NCBI RefSeq assembly: GCF_009914755.1
Contig: NC_060926.1
Strand: one strand, 5' to 3'
DNA length: 64,000 nucleotides
Source: the human T2T-CHM13v2.0 reference genome, Homo sapiens
Shown: positions 1 through 13,680 of the stretch, one piece after another
Layout: every line of letters starts with the position of its first letter
Position numbering within the stretch: position 1 is the stretch's first letter
Position numbers and translations under genes: made by a program
Notes under the pieces: generated by a model
Told to the model about the DNA's origin: nothing
The model's input: only the letters and a program-made list of their open reading frames with translations
Database searches by the model: none

Positions 1-12
1 AATCCTTGTAGG

Positions 13-54
13 AATATACTCATTTATCTGGTAAATATACTCATTTATCAGGTA
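13..54. repeat. 21-bp tandem duplication (aatatactcatttatc[t/a]ggta x2)
   Basis: Copies at 13-33 and 34-54, one mismatch. Confidence 0.85.
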
Positions 55-781
55 AAAAACAGAGGGAATGCTAGTTTGGAAATATTGATATAGTTGTTAA
101 ATCCATGCTTAAAATGAGTCTATTTGCCCATGGAAATGCTTATTGAAGCTTGCTGTCTATAGCCAAATATTGAAGAGAATCATGAGCTTTAATAACTATA
201 GTAAACTGTCTCCTATTTCAACGAGGTTTTTAAATTTTTTTAAACATCTACTACATGCCCGTCACTATTTCTTTTCTTTCAGAGAAGTTCATGCTCTAAT
301 ATAGTATACTTAAGAAAAACCACGTATTCCATTTAAAGGTCTTTTATGTTAACTTTTACGTTTTCTTTAATTATATTGAAAGGATGCAGTACCTGACAAG
401 TTGTAAATAGTGACATCGAACAATAACATTACTATTTTAATAGTATTTAATGGAACATAAAGCTTATAATAATTTGATATCGACCGTCCTTCATTTAAAA
501 GTAGATGAGCAAGCTCTTCTTTAACACAGACAACTTTCATTTTCTTTTTCTCTTTGAACTCATATTTCAATTTTACTTTTTCCCCATATTTCAATACTCA
601 TGTAGCATATAAGTTTGTAAGTCTTTTACTGATAACTTCATCATACCTATCGAAATTAAAATGAGTGTATTCATTGAGATTTTTACATTTGTTTTGTTTC
701 CTGAGATGTACGTTATAATAATATTTTGGGATTGGGTTAAAGTATTATTATAATTACTATTATTATCAATAATAGTAATTA

Positions 782-827
782 TTAACATATTTACAGTTTA
801 AAATATTTAACATATTTACAGTTTAAA
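782..827. repeat. Short direct duplication ttaacatatttacagtttaaa x2
   Basis: Identical 21-mers at 782-802 and 807-827. Confidence 0.8.
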
Positions 828-1172
828 GATGGAATTTATATGTGATATAATTTTATAATTATGAAACAAATCTATTTCTTAATGACATAAAACATTATCA
901 AAAATTGCATTTAAAAAAGAATACAGCAAAAAAATTAATTTTTGAGAATTATCAAGTTATTTTTTTGGAAGTAGAAAAGATAATCGTATTTAAGAAAAAA
1001 TAAAATGAGAATTGACTATAATTGGAAAAACTTTTATGATACGATTTGAATTTTTTGACTACCTTATTGAATAATCCACAGTGAATCTGAAAATAATAAC
1101 ATAGAAAGTTTGTCCTTATATATTATCTAATATAATGTAAAAATGTAAAAGTCCCAGAAAACTTTCTAGTTA

Positions 1173-1230
1173 TTTGGTTGGTGCAAAAGTAACTGTGGCA
1201 AAAATTGCAATTACTTTTGCACAAATCTAA
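1173..1230. mobile_element. MADE1 (Hsmar1-derived mariner MITE), internally deleted
   Basis: Terminal inverted repeats ttggttggtgcaaaagtaa...ttacttttgcacaaatctaa, flanked by TA dinucleotides at 1171-1172 and 1231-1232. Confidence 0.85.
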
Positions 1231-1298
1231 TACATTTAAAAATCCACACGACTAACATATTTCTACTTTGGCAAGGCAGATCTGTTTTGGTTTTCCTC

Positions 1299-1690
1299 TG
1301 ATACGATTTGGATCTCTGTCCCCGCCCAAATCTTATGTTGAATGGTAATTCCCAGTGTTGGAGGTGGGGCCTGGTGGGAGATGATTGGATCATGGGGGTG
1401 GTTTAGCACCATGCTTTTGCTGCTATTCTCCTGATAGAGTTCTCATGAGATCTGTTTGTTCATATGTGTGTGGCACCTACCCCCTCTGTCTCTTCCTCCT
1501 GCCCTGCCTTTTAATGGGTTCCTGCTCCCACGTCACCTTCTGCCATGATTGAATGTTTCCTGAGGCCTCCCCAGAAACCGGTGTTACCGTGCTTTCCGTA
1601 TAGCCTGCGGGACCGTGAGCCAATTACACCTCTTTTCTTTATAAATTACCTAGTCTCAGGTATTTCATTATAGCATTGCAAGAAACGAGT
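1299..1690 (+). mobile_element. MaLR solo LTR, MST family (MSTA/MSTB-like)
   Basis: Starts tgatacgatttggatctctgtccccgcccaaatc; contains ggaggtggggcctggtgggag, ctgaggcctccccagaa and ctttataaattacc. Confidence 0.88.
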
Positions 1691-2338
1691 CTCATTCTCT
1701 CAGGGGTCTCTGCCTCAAAAGGAATGTTTTCTTTGAAGATACTGAGGAGATGGAGGAGGCAAAGAATATAAATGTATTATGTTCTTAGTACTTCTACATA
1801 CCAGTATACCATATATCTTAATTCACATACACCAAGATACTTTTTTGTTACTAAGTTTTATATCTGCCACTTCACCACACCCCACAGAACATAGGTTTAT
1901 GGGACCTTAATTAATAATCTTTAAAAGAGATCATGTTTGTTTGGTTCCTTAGAGGTTTTCACATTCTGGGCCAAATCACCTTAGTAAAACTTGTAACAGG
2001 TAAGATATGTAAGTTTCTCTAATAAAGAGGGAAAGAACTATTTGTGAATTTTAAGATACTTGCAGACAAACTTTTTTTAAGAGATTTTTACCTATGGAAT
2101 TTAAAAATCTGGACAATGTCTCCTCTGGATGTACATGCTCAAATGAAGATCCTTCTTTTAGCACACTCTCAACATAATGCAGATATTTAAGACCTATACA
2201 ATACAGGGAAAAAAGCGCAATACCAACAAAAGAGATGAAACTCATTGATTAAATGTTTTAAATATTAATGTGGTAGCTCTGAAGTTAGAACTAAGATTTC
2301 AAATAGGTCAGGGTGACATTAAACATTATCCAAATCTT

Positions 2339-2462
2339 GGCTGGGCATGGTGGCTCACGCCTGTAATCCCAGCACTTTGGGAGGCTGGGGCTGGCAGATC
2401 ACGAGGTCAGGAGTTCGAGACCAACCTGACCAACTTGGTGAAATCAAATATTAGCCAGGCGT
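2339..2462 (+). mobile_element. Alu left-arm fragment (AluS-like) fused to the downstream AluY
   Basis: ggctgggcatggtggctcacgcctgtaatcccagcactttgggagg...ggagttcgagacc; middle A-rich region deleted, then ttagccaggcgt. Confidence 0.85.
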
Positions 2463-2769
<307 letters not shown>

Positions 2770-3497
2770 TCATATTATCCAAATTTTATCTGTAATGATT
2801 GCTTTCTTTGAATTTGTCACTCTTTCTACCAATGGACATTTTTCTTCATGTGAACCAGGAAGGATAATGTGCTGATGAGGCAGAGAGGTCTGAAAATTAT
2901 GTTTCTGTTAGACTCTCCTCACTCTCTGGAGAATACTGCTCGGCCAAGCTCTGTAGCTGTTTCTGGAATACAGATCTAAAAAAGCATAGACCTTACCCTC
3001 CTAACTCTACAGTATAATCTGGCAGACTGACATGCAAGCAGATGATAGCTAGATGTTGCTGTTTTCTGTGCTTGTGTGCTACAATGGGCGTCATTACAAG
3101 ATGCAAAGGAAAACAGAGTAAATATCTCCTCAATATTTCTGGGGTATTGGGGGGAGTCTGGCTCACTTAAAACTTCATTTGCTTCCATTATATATGCTAC
3201 ATATTTTTCAAGAGAGTATGAAAATCCAAAATCAAGAAATGTTGCTGCAGTGCTTTATTTAATAAAAGTCTTTTAATATGATATCACAATAATAATAACT
3301 TGCACTAAGTACATCCAGTTATTTCTTTGCTATTACCTATGCCTCCATACCATTTACAGTGCTTTCAGCTGTGCTGAAATTAAATATTCCTTTGAATAAT
3401 TACCATGCCTACTAATGGCAATAAACTAATTTGGTGGCTCTCTTGACACCGAAACAGTGAGTGGTGAAGTTTGACTCTTGTTGAGAAAAGCCCATTT

Positions 3498-3516
3498 AGC
3501 CCAATAGGTGGCACTG
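3498..3516 (+). promoter_or_regulatory. Candidate CTCF binding motif
   Basis: agcccaataggtggcactg resembles the CTCF core CCASYAGRKGGCRS with one mismatch, in non-repeat DNA. Motif only. Confidence 0.45.
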
Positions 3517-4629
3517 TGATATAAATTAGTAGTTATAAAATTAAAAAAACAAAAATAGACACTCATCAAGGATGGAATCACTGTTTTTTCCCCCTCAAAC
3601 GACTTTATGAAGCATTAATCAATTCAGAGAAGCTAATAAAATGCCTGGAAAATGAATCCCAATGTTATTTTAATTATGGCTGTTTATTGGTAAACTGAGG
3701 AAACTTATGGGCCAGCTGTTACAGTCTACTATAGGCCGAGCTGATCAAAATAAACTTGACCATTGATAAAGTTTGGGGATATTTTGAGGCAAAGAATAAA
3801 TTCTGGATCATTATTGTTTGTAGAGTGAATTATATTATTTTTCCTTCAAGAAGTCAACCTTGACAATCCCCATGTTGACATCAAGTGGTCTCTGCAGCAA
3901 ATTATTTTGTAAATCTTAAAATCTTGCCAGTTCTTTGCCTGAGATGCTGGCCTCTTTAATATGTCAGAAGAGCATTTGTCTGCCACAATGAACTAACATT
4001 TATTTATATCCTAAATTAACATCAAAATAAAATGGGACTGAATCAGTCTGACTTGGCATTTAGCTGAATGCATCAGGGTTGTTTTCAGCAGTGAGATGAA
4101 GAAATAAAGGGAGAAAATCTATTTTTAGATGAGCCCAAAAGATGAAGTGTGTGCTGCAATCGGAAAGGAACCGTGTGAGGTGAGGCTAGCTGGAGACCAG
4201 AGAAGCAGTTTTCTGATCAAAAATCTTGGATAATGATAATATTATCCAAGTATAAAATGTTCCTGGAAACACATATGAAAGGCTCCTCATTCTCCAAAGT
4301 ATTCACAGCTAGTGTTTCATTTGGTGCTCAGCAATATCTTAAGTAAAGAATTAGAAAACACAGGAGAATCAAGTATGATCATATTCCGATTAGGAAGCTG
4401 AGTGACACAGAAGTTGGTCTTGGCTTAGTTCACAACAGCCTTTGAGAGGAGTACATGATACTACTTTGGTGGTGGGCACTTCTGATGATCTGTCAGTGAT
4501 AACTTGGAGAAGTCTGACATTAATCGAGTTCAATTCTTTGCATCGTGGGGTGACATGAAGGATTAGAAGTCATATTCTTGTTGATGTAGACTGCCTTGCA
4601 CACCACCTTTGATGTCTTGAAAGACAAGG

Positions 4630-4740
4630 TGATGTAACAGGAAAAACACAAAGCTGAAGGTTAGGACACCTGGATTCTACCACTTCATCTCTCTGGACCT
4701 GTGTTTTTTCATTTATACAAGAATAGGGTTAAAAAAAACC
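4630..4740 (+). mobile_element. MIR-family SINE fragment
   Basis: gacacctggattcta...cacttcatctctctggacctgtgttttttcatttat resembles the MIR core. Confidence 0.5.
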
Positions 4741-5004
4741 TTATTTCTAGAATCCCTATAGACACTAAGTCCATTATTATTTCCTTTTTCTAATGCTGAA
4801 TGTAATAGATGTTGTAAAATTTAATGACTTCATTACCACAAATGGTAAATTATATTTTATAATAAAAGGCTGAATTACTCATTAGTCACTCTGTGAACAC
4901 AGCAGTGAATTTCTAGGTTTTGCTGGCATCATCAAAATTTGGGGGAGACAAGTTTGATAGGAAGAAAAATTAAAATTCATTTATAGAGAGTTTGTCATTT
5001 TCTC

Positions 5005-5230
5005 TCTGTCATTCCCTCCTTTCCTTCCTTCCATAGATATGAATTGAGCCATTACTGTGTACTAGGCACTTTACATGGTTCCAGGGACACAGCAGTCACA
5101 AGTCAAACCTTTATACTGCCTCTTTAGAGTTTAGAGTGTAAAAAAGAGTCAAGATAAAAAAACAACTAGAGTGTGAAAGAGATTTGTGCTTAGAGAGGTG
5201 GAAATACAGATATACACATGGAACTATGTC
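5005..5230 (-). mobile_element. L2 LINE 3' fragment
   Basis: attgagccattactgtgtactaggcact...gggacacagcagt matches the reverse L2 3' end. Confidence 0.55.
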
Positions 5231-5367
5231 CATCCAATCAAAAATGAGAGCCTTCCTCCTTTTGTTTATCAATTTTTTTACATCTTACCTTTTCCAAAAG
5301 TAGTGGAGACAGCACTTTCGTGTCCTCCAAAACTCTTGTGCTAGGAGGAACATCTCTAGATATAATC

Positions 5368-5813
5368 TGTGTTAGTTTTCCAAGGCCACTGCAACAAAAT
5401 TCCACAACTACGTGTCTTAAAACAACATAAATGAGTTTTCTCACAGTCATTGAGGCTAAAAGTTCAACATCAGGTGGTCAGCAGGACCATGTTCCATTCA
5501 AAGACTCTAAGGAAGAATTTGGCCATGCCTCTTCCAGCTTCTGGTGGTTACTGTCAATCCTTGGTGTTCCTTGGCTGCGGCAACATGACTATAATCTTTG
5601 CTTCCATCTTCACATGGTCTCCTGTGTGTCTCGTCTGTTGTCTTCAAATCTCTCTTTCTTTACAAGAACATCAGTCATTGAATTCAGAGGTCTGACTCTG
5701 TATGATCTCATTTAAACTAATTACACAGACAAATACCCTGTTTCCAAATAAGGTAACATTCATGAGTTCCAGGTGGACATGAACTTTTGGAGGACACTAT
5801 TCAATCTAGCACA
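5368..5813 (-). mobile_element. MaLR solo LTR, MLT1C/D-like
   Basis: tgtgttagttttcc...cttaaaacaac...gcctcttccagcttctggtgg...ttccaaataaggtaacattc...tattcaatctagcaca. Confidence 0.85.
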
Positions 5814-7349
5814 CTGTGATTTTTAACTGTTTAGTAGCCTAAGGGTAAAGAAGATAGGGAGAAAGTAGAAGTAGAGGCTTTGTCAATGCAACTTACATAT
5901 GTTTTTAAGGAAATGGAACGTGCTTTTGTAAAAATTATATGTGTACACATTTATAATGCAATGATATTATAATGATCGAATGATTTATAATATGTAGTCA
6001 ATTTGCAGCTAGCTAGAATCCTGGAAAATGTTCAAATCTCATGGAGGTCAGTGCCCCCATCCTCTTTGCCCATCATGCCAGAGGAGAGTGTCCTTTTCAT
6101 TGCCCTGTACATTTTTCAAAGGAGACACTAATGAGGTGGTCAAATGAGAAAAGCCACAGGAGGATGCAGAACACCAAGTCTGAACAATTTCGGAACAGAA
6201 TAATTAGCCTCTGAATTATTGAGAATGTGAAGAATTCTTGACAGTATAATAATTCCACTAAATTCCTTTCCAATTTTCTTCAATTCAAAGTCAATTTTAA
6301 ATTTACCTGTCTTACCATTAGAGATGACATATTTAATATGAGGGACTTTAAACAATGACAACATGAAATCTTTTTACGATAGATTTGTTGCTAAACCCTG
6401 AAGTCACAAATCAAACTTTTTAAGACAAGATTTATATGCTTTCCATTTTTTTTCAGACCTTGGTGAATTTTCATTGAGAGAGAATTTGCTTCTGTAAAAT
6501 GCAAGGAAAACTAATGTTCTGAAATCTTAGACTTGTCCCCTTCATGGATCAGACCCCAACTGAGTGGCAATTTTGAATGACTATGTTCTCCACTCCATAG
6601 TTTCTTTCTTTCTTTTTCTTCTTTTAATTTCTCTTTTGCCTCAGGAACCAGAAATCATTCTATAGTGAAAGCTGAAAGTACATGGGTGAATTTTTTGTTG
6701 TTGTTAGTCTGCTCTGAAAACCTACAGTAGACAAAAGTCCAAGCTTTGCATCTTATTGTACAAGTTTACATGTACTATCTAATCTAACATCATATGTGGA
6801 TGCATCAAAGTGGGAGGAGGAAGTTAATAAACTAGGCTTGTCCAAGCTCACTCAATGAGTTTGGGACATACCTGAGAGTGGAATGGGAGCCTCTCTGGTA
6901 CAGGCGCAGCTAGAATTTTGGCCAAATTTTATAAACTTCTCAATTGGACCAATTAAAAATGTGCTTTCTTTGTGCAGATGCACTACACAAAGTGCTCTTC
7001 TTTTGCCAGCACAGGCTGAGCAGAGCTGGATTTCATTCCTCACTCACCCCTTCATTTGGGGGCCTTCTTGCACCTATAACCTGCACATCCTTGGGGGTAG
7101 CCTGAGGCCTTACTTTCAAAGCAGGCTTTCTTCTTCACCTTTACTGTATTTAGCTTTGATGGCTAGTTCTTATTTTCCATAATGTCTCATTTCCCTCACA
7201 CAGGGAAGAAATTTTAGAACTTTGAGAAATAATAGTTGCTTATATTTATCAATAATCATTAAACAAGTTATTATCTAGCAAGTATCTATAGTGTCTATCT
7301 AATACCTAGCAAGGTACTAGGCACAGGAGGCAGTGCAACTCCAATGATT

Positions 7350-7565
7350 ATATTAGTAGAGACTGGGTTTGGATTCTGTCTCCACCCCTTCTGGCTGTAA
7401 GACTTTAGACAAGTTATGTGAACAGTAATCATTCCTCAGAAAGGTTCATTTTAGTAACTAAGATATAGGATTATAGGGGTTTAAAGGACTAATGCACATG
7501 AAGCCTGTTATTTTGAAAACACCTAAAAAAGGTGTTTGACAAACACAAAACATTAGCATTAATTA
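7350..7565 (+). mobile_element. MIR-family SINE fragment
   Basis: gactgggtttggattctgtctccacc...ggctgtaagactttagacaagtta. Confidence 0.5.
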
Positions 7566-7995
7566 TTATGCTTTTAATGAATGAGGTATAGAAACAATAA
7601 GACACATAGGCATCAAAAATAAAGAATTTATCATCTGATGAATCCTACTTTAAGTGTTTTGGAAACAATTATTGTGTAACTTCCAAAGATTATTCCAAGG
7701 ATTATAAGAGATTTTATTAATAACACAAAGAGAAGCGGCAATGAAACATTTCTTCTTTGTCTTCTTCATTTATTCATAGACACACAATTATATTTTTTAA
7801 ATCGAATTTTGGCAAATATGGTTGGATATATTTGATACTCAAGATAAGAAATTGTCCATTGGCTTCTATTAATTCCAGTAGGAATAATATGATATTTAAT
7901 CTACTTCTATGTGTATATGTCTGTGTGGATGTATGAAAGAGAGAGAAAGGAGAAGAAAGTTCTGAAGTACTTTTAAAATTTTTTCATTCAATCTT

Positions 7996-8319
7996 TGTCC
8001 TCTGTAGGGACATGGATGAAGCTGGAAACCATCATTCTCAGCAAACTATCACAAGGACAAAAAACCAAACACTGCATGTTCTCACTCACAGGTGGGAACT
8101 GAACAAAGAGAACACATGGACACAGGAAGGGGAACATCACACACTGGGGCCTGTTGTGTAGTGGGGGTAGGGGTGAGGGATAGCATTAGGAGATATACCT
8201 AATGTAAATGATGAGTTAATGGGTGCAGTACATCAACACGGCACATGTATGCATATGTAACAAACCTGCATGTTGTGCACATGTACCCTAAAACTTAAAG
8301 TATAGTAAAAAAAAGAAAA
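7996..8319 (+). mobile_element. 5'-truncated L1PA (primate LINE-1) 3' end
   Basis: gggacatggatgaagctggaaaccatcattctcagcaaact...gcacatgtaccctaaaacttaaagtat plus A tail. Confidence 0.93.
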
Positions 8320-9104
8320 TAAGTAAATCTTCATACTTCCTGCTCAGAGAGAATTAACTTAGACTCTGCTGTTAATCTCTCTCTTCAGCTCATTAATTTT
8401 ATACCTGCTGGGATCATAAACATTTTTAGAAATTAAATCTGAGTGGTATTAGTCTCAAGAAAGAAGATTTTCCGTTTTAAAAAATCCAGACTCTGAGATG
8501 ATATCTATGGCTATCAAGTTTCTCTGTATGAAAGATTCACCTGTAAAATTGAATAGTTACTGCAGAAGGTGCCAATACATTGCCTGCAGGGATGTTGAGC
8601 AGTCCCCATGAGAGGGGCTGGTTGCCATGGCTTTGCTCTGAGTATTATTATTTTAGAAAACTCTTCCAAGGCCCTGGGTCTTGCTTTTGTGATGATGGGT
8701 TATTAGAAACTGACTTGTCAGTAAACCCAGTTCAAATCTATCTTCAGGACTGCTTCAGATGGACTTACCCGAGGATACTGACCTATGGACAAGAATGCCA
8801 ATTTATATATTTGCACTAAAAAAAAAGAACTGTCCAGAATACGAGGAGGCTGACATTCCCACGACGTGTGTCGTCCTTAAGTATTGGCAAACTGTCCTGG
8901 AACACTAAATAATCAGGAGAGGATTTGATTTTGGAGTGAGAATGAGGGAACTGTCTCCTTACTAGTAGGGTAGATTCCAGGAAGTGGATTTACTATGTCA
9001 AATGGAATTAACCTGGCTAAAAGTGACAATAAAAGGGCCCATCTTTCATTTCTTTTGGTAAAATTGAGATTGTAATTTATCTTATAATTGTTTTGAAAAC
9101 TACA

Positions 9105-9600
9105 AATATATATCATTACACGTCTATCAGAATAGCTGAAATAAAAATAGGACAAAACAAAATGCTGCTGAGAAGGTGGAGAAACTAAAGCCTTACACAG
9201 AGCTGGCGGAGAGCACAGTCACTGGAAAACAGTTTGGCATTGTTTTAGAGGACTAAATATGTAATTATCATATGTCCCACTATTGCACTTTCGGGTATTT
9301 ATCCCAGAGGAATTCCAAGTTATGCTCACATGAAAGCCTATACACAAATGTTCAAAGTAGCTTTATCATAACAACCAAACACTAGAGATGACCCCTATGC
9401 ACATTGCATGGTGCAGCCACGCAATGGAATACTACTCAGAAATGAAAACAAATTGTACTGTTGATACATGCGGCAACTTTTATGAGTCTCTAGAAAATTA
9501 AGCTGAGTGAAAAAGTCACTCCCAGAAAATGATATACTGTATGATTCCATTTATATAATATCCTTGAAATGACAAAATTATAGAGATACCTGTGGTGATA
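9105..9600 (+). mobile_element. Old L1M (L1MC/ME-like) ORF2-end/3' fragment
   Basis: ggaaaacagtttggca, ggtatttatcccagagg, caatggaatactactcag, atactgtatgattccatttatata. Confidence 0.75.
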
Positions 9601-9614
9601 GAACTACTCTGCAT

Positions 9615-12600
9615 TTTTTTCTTAATTTTTAAAACTGATACGTAATGATTGTACATTTTTCTGGAGTACACGTGATATTATGATACAAGCATACAATGTG
9701 TAGCAATCAGGATAAATGGGATATTCGTCACCTCAAATATGTATCATTTCTTTGTCTTGGGAACATTCCAAATTTTTCTACTAGCTACTATGAAATATAA
9801 ATTATTATTAATTATAGTTATCCTACTGTGATATCAAACACTAGAACTTATTCTTTCAATTTAAGTGCATTTTTGTACCCTCTCTTCATTGCCCCACTTG
9901 CCTCATACCCTTCACAGTCTTTGGTAGCCACCATTTTACTGCCTACCTCCATGAGATTTACTTTTTGAGCTCCTACAAGTGAGTGATAACATGTGATATT
10001 TGTCATTCTGTGACTGGTGTATTTCACTTAAATAATGCCTCCAATTGCAACTATGTTGCTGAAAATGACAGAATTTCATTCTTTCTATGGCTGAATAATT
10101 TTCTATTGTGTATGTACTATATTTTCGTTATCCATGCATTCATTTGTGGACACCTAGGTTGAATTTTGGCTATTGTGAATAGTGGTTATAGACATGGAAG
10201 TATAAATATAGCTTCTATATGCCAATTTCCTTTATTTTTAATATATGCTCAGCAGTGGGATTGCTGGATCATATGGCAGTTTTATTTTTAGTTTTTTGAG
10301 GAACCTCATACTGCTTTCCATAGTGGCTATACTAATTTACATTCCCATCATCAGTGTATGAGAGTTAATCTTTACTCACATTCTCACCAGCTTCTGATTT
10401 TTTTTGTCTTTTTAGTAATAGCCATTCCTAATGGGATGAGATGATATCTCATTGTGGTTTTGATTTGCCCTTTCCTGATGATTAGTGAGGTCGAGTATCT
10501 TTCATACACCTGTTGATTATTTGTATGTCTTCTTTTGAGAAATGTTTTTTCAGATCCTTTGCCGATTTTTTAATTGGATTATTTGTTTTTTTGTGTTTGT
10601 TTGTTTGAGTTTCTTCTCTATTGTGGTTATTAATCCCTTCTCAGATGGATAATTTGGAAATATTTTTTTCCATTCTGTAAGTTATCTCTTTACTCTGATG
10701 ATGTTATCTTTGCTGTGCAGAAGCTTTTTAGCCTAATGTAATCCAATTTGTCTATCTTTGCTTTTGTTGTCTGTACTTTAGATGTCTTACACAAAAAGTC
10801 ATAGTCTAGAGCAGTGTCCTGAACCATTTCTTCAATGTTTTCTTCTAGTAGTTTCATAATTTCAGATAGTACATTAAGTCTTTAATCAATTTTGAGTTTT
10901 TGTGTATGGTGAGAGATAGGAGTCTAGAATCGTATTTCTGCATATGAACGTCCAGTTTTCCCAACTCCATTTATTATAAAGACTGTCTTTTCCTCAGTGT
11001 ATGTTCTTGGTACCTTTGTTGAAAATGAGTTGGCTGTAAATACATGGATGTATTTCTGGACTTATTATTCTGTTCCACTGGTCTATGTATCTGTTTTTAT
11101 GCCAATGCCATGCTATTTTCTATAGCATAGCTTTGTAATAAAATTTGAAATCAGTTAGTGTGACACCTGTAGCTCTGACCTTTTTGCTCAAAGTTTCTGT
11201 GGATAGTAGGGGTTTTTGTGGTTCCAGTGAATTTTAAGATTGTGTTTTCTATATCTGGGAAGAATTTCATTGGCATTTTAATAGGGATTTAATTGAATCT
11301 GTACAATGAGTGGTATTGACATTTTAAGAATATTAATTCTTCCAATTTATAAGCATGCAATATATTTCTGTTTCTTTGTGTTCTCTTCCATTTATTTCCT
11401 CAGTGTTTTATAGTTTTCTTTATAGATCTTTCACTTCAGTTACATTTGCTTGTATGTATCATTTTTGTAGCTATTGTAAATGGGATTGCTTTCTTAATTT
11501 CTTTTTCAGATTGCTGTGGGTGTATAGAAATGCTATACACAATATACAACATTCTTGCATGTCGATTTTGTATATTTCAAACTTACTGAATTTCTTCATG
11601 AGTTCTAAGAGTTTTTTGATGGACTCTATAGGGTTTTCTAAATATAGCATGATGTCATCTGCAAGCAAGATAATTTGACTTCTTTCTTTCCAATTTGGAT
11701 CTCTTTTTATTTATTTCTCTTGCCTAATTGCTCTAAGATTTTCAACACTATGTTGAATAAAAGCAGTGAAAGTGGGCACTCTTATTTTGTTCCAGATCTT
11801 AGTGGAAAAGCTTTCCATTTTTCCCATTCAGTATAACATTAGTTGTGAATTTGCTATATATGGCCTTTATCATTTTAAGGTATGCTCCTTTCATACTTAA
11901 TTTGTTGATAGTTTTTATCATGAAGAAATGTTGAATTTTATTGAGTGTTTTCAAGCATCTATTGAAATGATTATACAGTTTTATCACGTGTTTTAGTTTG
12001 CATATGTTGAAACGTCCTTACCTCCCTGGATTGAATTCCTTTTGACAATGGTGAATGATCTTTTTAATGTATTTATGCCTGAGTTTGCAATTTTTTGAAT
12101 TTTTGCAATCAGACCATGGCAATAACCTTGAGCAGTAGGATATAAATAACTCCCACATGCTTAGCGTTCCACTGATGGAACACTAGGCATAAATGGATTG
12201 CACGGTTAGTTTTTGGTTTTCTAGTATTTTGTTGAGAACTTTTGTATCTCTGTTCATCATGGATATTGGCCTATAGTTTTTTGTTGTTGTGTTTCTGTCT
12301 GGTTTTGGTATCAGAGTAATGCTGGTCTTATAGAATAGGTTTGCAAGTATTCCCTTTTCTTCAAATTTTTTTCCTATATGTGTTTGGTAGAATTCAACAG
12401 TAAAGCCGTCATGTCCTAGGTATTTTTTTTTTTGATACGAAACTGTTTATTACTCCTTCAGTCTTGTGGCTTGTTATTGGTCTACTCTGATTTTCTATTT
12501 ATTCTTGGTAGGCTGCATGTGTCCAGGAATTTTTCCATTTCATCTAGATTTTCTAATTTGTTGACATACAGTTGTTTATAATATTCTCTAATCATCCTTT

Positions 12601-13040
12601 GTATTCTGTGGTATCAGTTGTAACGTCTTCTTTTTTGTCTCTGAATTTATTTATTTGGGTCTTTTAAGTTAGTCTAATTAAATGTTTGCAATTGAAATTT
12701 TTTTTCAAAAAACCAACTCTTTAATTAATCTTTTGCATTTTTTAGTCTCAATTTTATTTCTGCTCTGATATTTACTATTTCTTCACTACTACCAATTTGA
12801 GGTTTGGTTTGTTCCTATTTTTCTAGTTTCTTGTGGTGTATTAGTATGCTTATGTCTTTCAAATTTTTTTGATGTAGGTATTTATTGCTATAAACTTCCC
12901 TCTTAGTACGGTATTTGCTGTATCCCATTGGTTTTGGAATGTTGTACTTCATTTTAATTGTTTTAAGGAATGTTTACAATTTCTTCTTAATTTCTTCATT
13001 GGCTCATTGGTTGTTCAGGAGCATGTTGCTTAATTTCCAT
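9615..13040 (-). mobile_element. L1MA-type LINE-1, 3' UTR plus degraded ORF2, interrupted by MER85
   Basis: Reverse L1 3' UTR motifs; minus-strand ORFs 11471-11668 (LADDIMLYLENP, the RT FADD region) and 11799-11987 (KIQHFFMIKT...KAIYSK) are L1 ORF2 remnants. Confidence 0.92.
12068..12197 (-). mobile_element. MER85 non-autonomous piggyBac (PGBD3-derived) element
   Basis: atttatgcctgag...tgcaatcagacc...gagcagtaggatataaataactcccacatgcttagcgttccactgatggaacactaggcataaatgg matches the reverse MER85 consensus; TIRs atttatgcct/aggcataaat; TTAA at 12064-12067. Confidence 0.9.
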
Positions 13041-13680
13041 GTTCGTTGTCTATTTGCTAATAATTCTCCCCACCCTATCTACTACCTCTCACCAACACAA
13101 ATAAGAAACAAACAGAAGGCTTTTGTGAGAAACTTTTAGTGTGTATACCACTGGAGATCATTAGAGTCTTATGGAAGCATAGTTTATATTAGACCAATGA
13201 TATCATTTTTCTAATTGGGCAGATTGAGGACCACAGTAGAGACATAATTTGAACTACAAACTGTTTTTACTGGTGAAGATTATTACCACTGGTTTTAATC
13301 TTCCTGTTACTTCTCAGGGCAAAAGAATGATTGTGATAGCACATTTTAAGGGCTCTTTGCTGGTAGAAAAGAGATATAATTGAATCCACTCTGCCTTATG
13401 TGTGAGGACACATACACACTGTCTCACACTTAAAGAACATACTTATTATTTTCCCTTTTAAAAAACAATGTGCATTTATTCCCAGGATAATTTGAGAAAT
13501 AATTAAAATCGGTAAAGAAGAAATTAAAAATCATCCTAATTTTTCCACTAATTTTAACAATAAATATGTGAATCTGTTAAGAAGTTACACCTATATTCTA
13601 TAATTTTAATTAACATTTTTACATTACTTAAATTCAACAGTTTTTTTTTTTTAAAGGAAGTAGTACTGGTTATAAAGACA

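Noticed and set aside
4225-4250. 10-bp inverted repeat cttggataat/attatccaag
   Set aside because: Short and AT-rich, plausible by chance in 64 kb, with no supporting context.
8540-8910. GC-richer block that may be an old LTR or regulatory element
   Set aside because: Could not identify termini, TSD or family from sequence alone.
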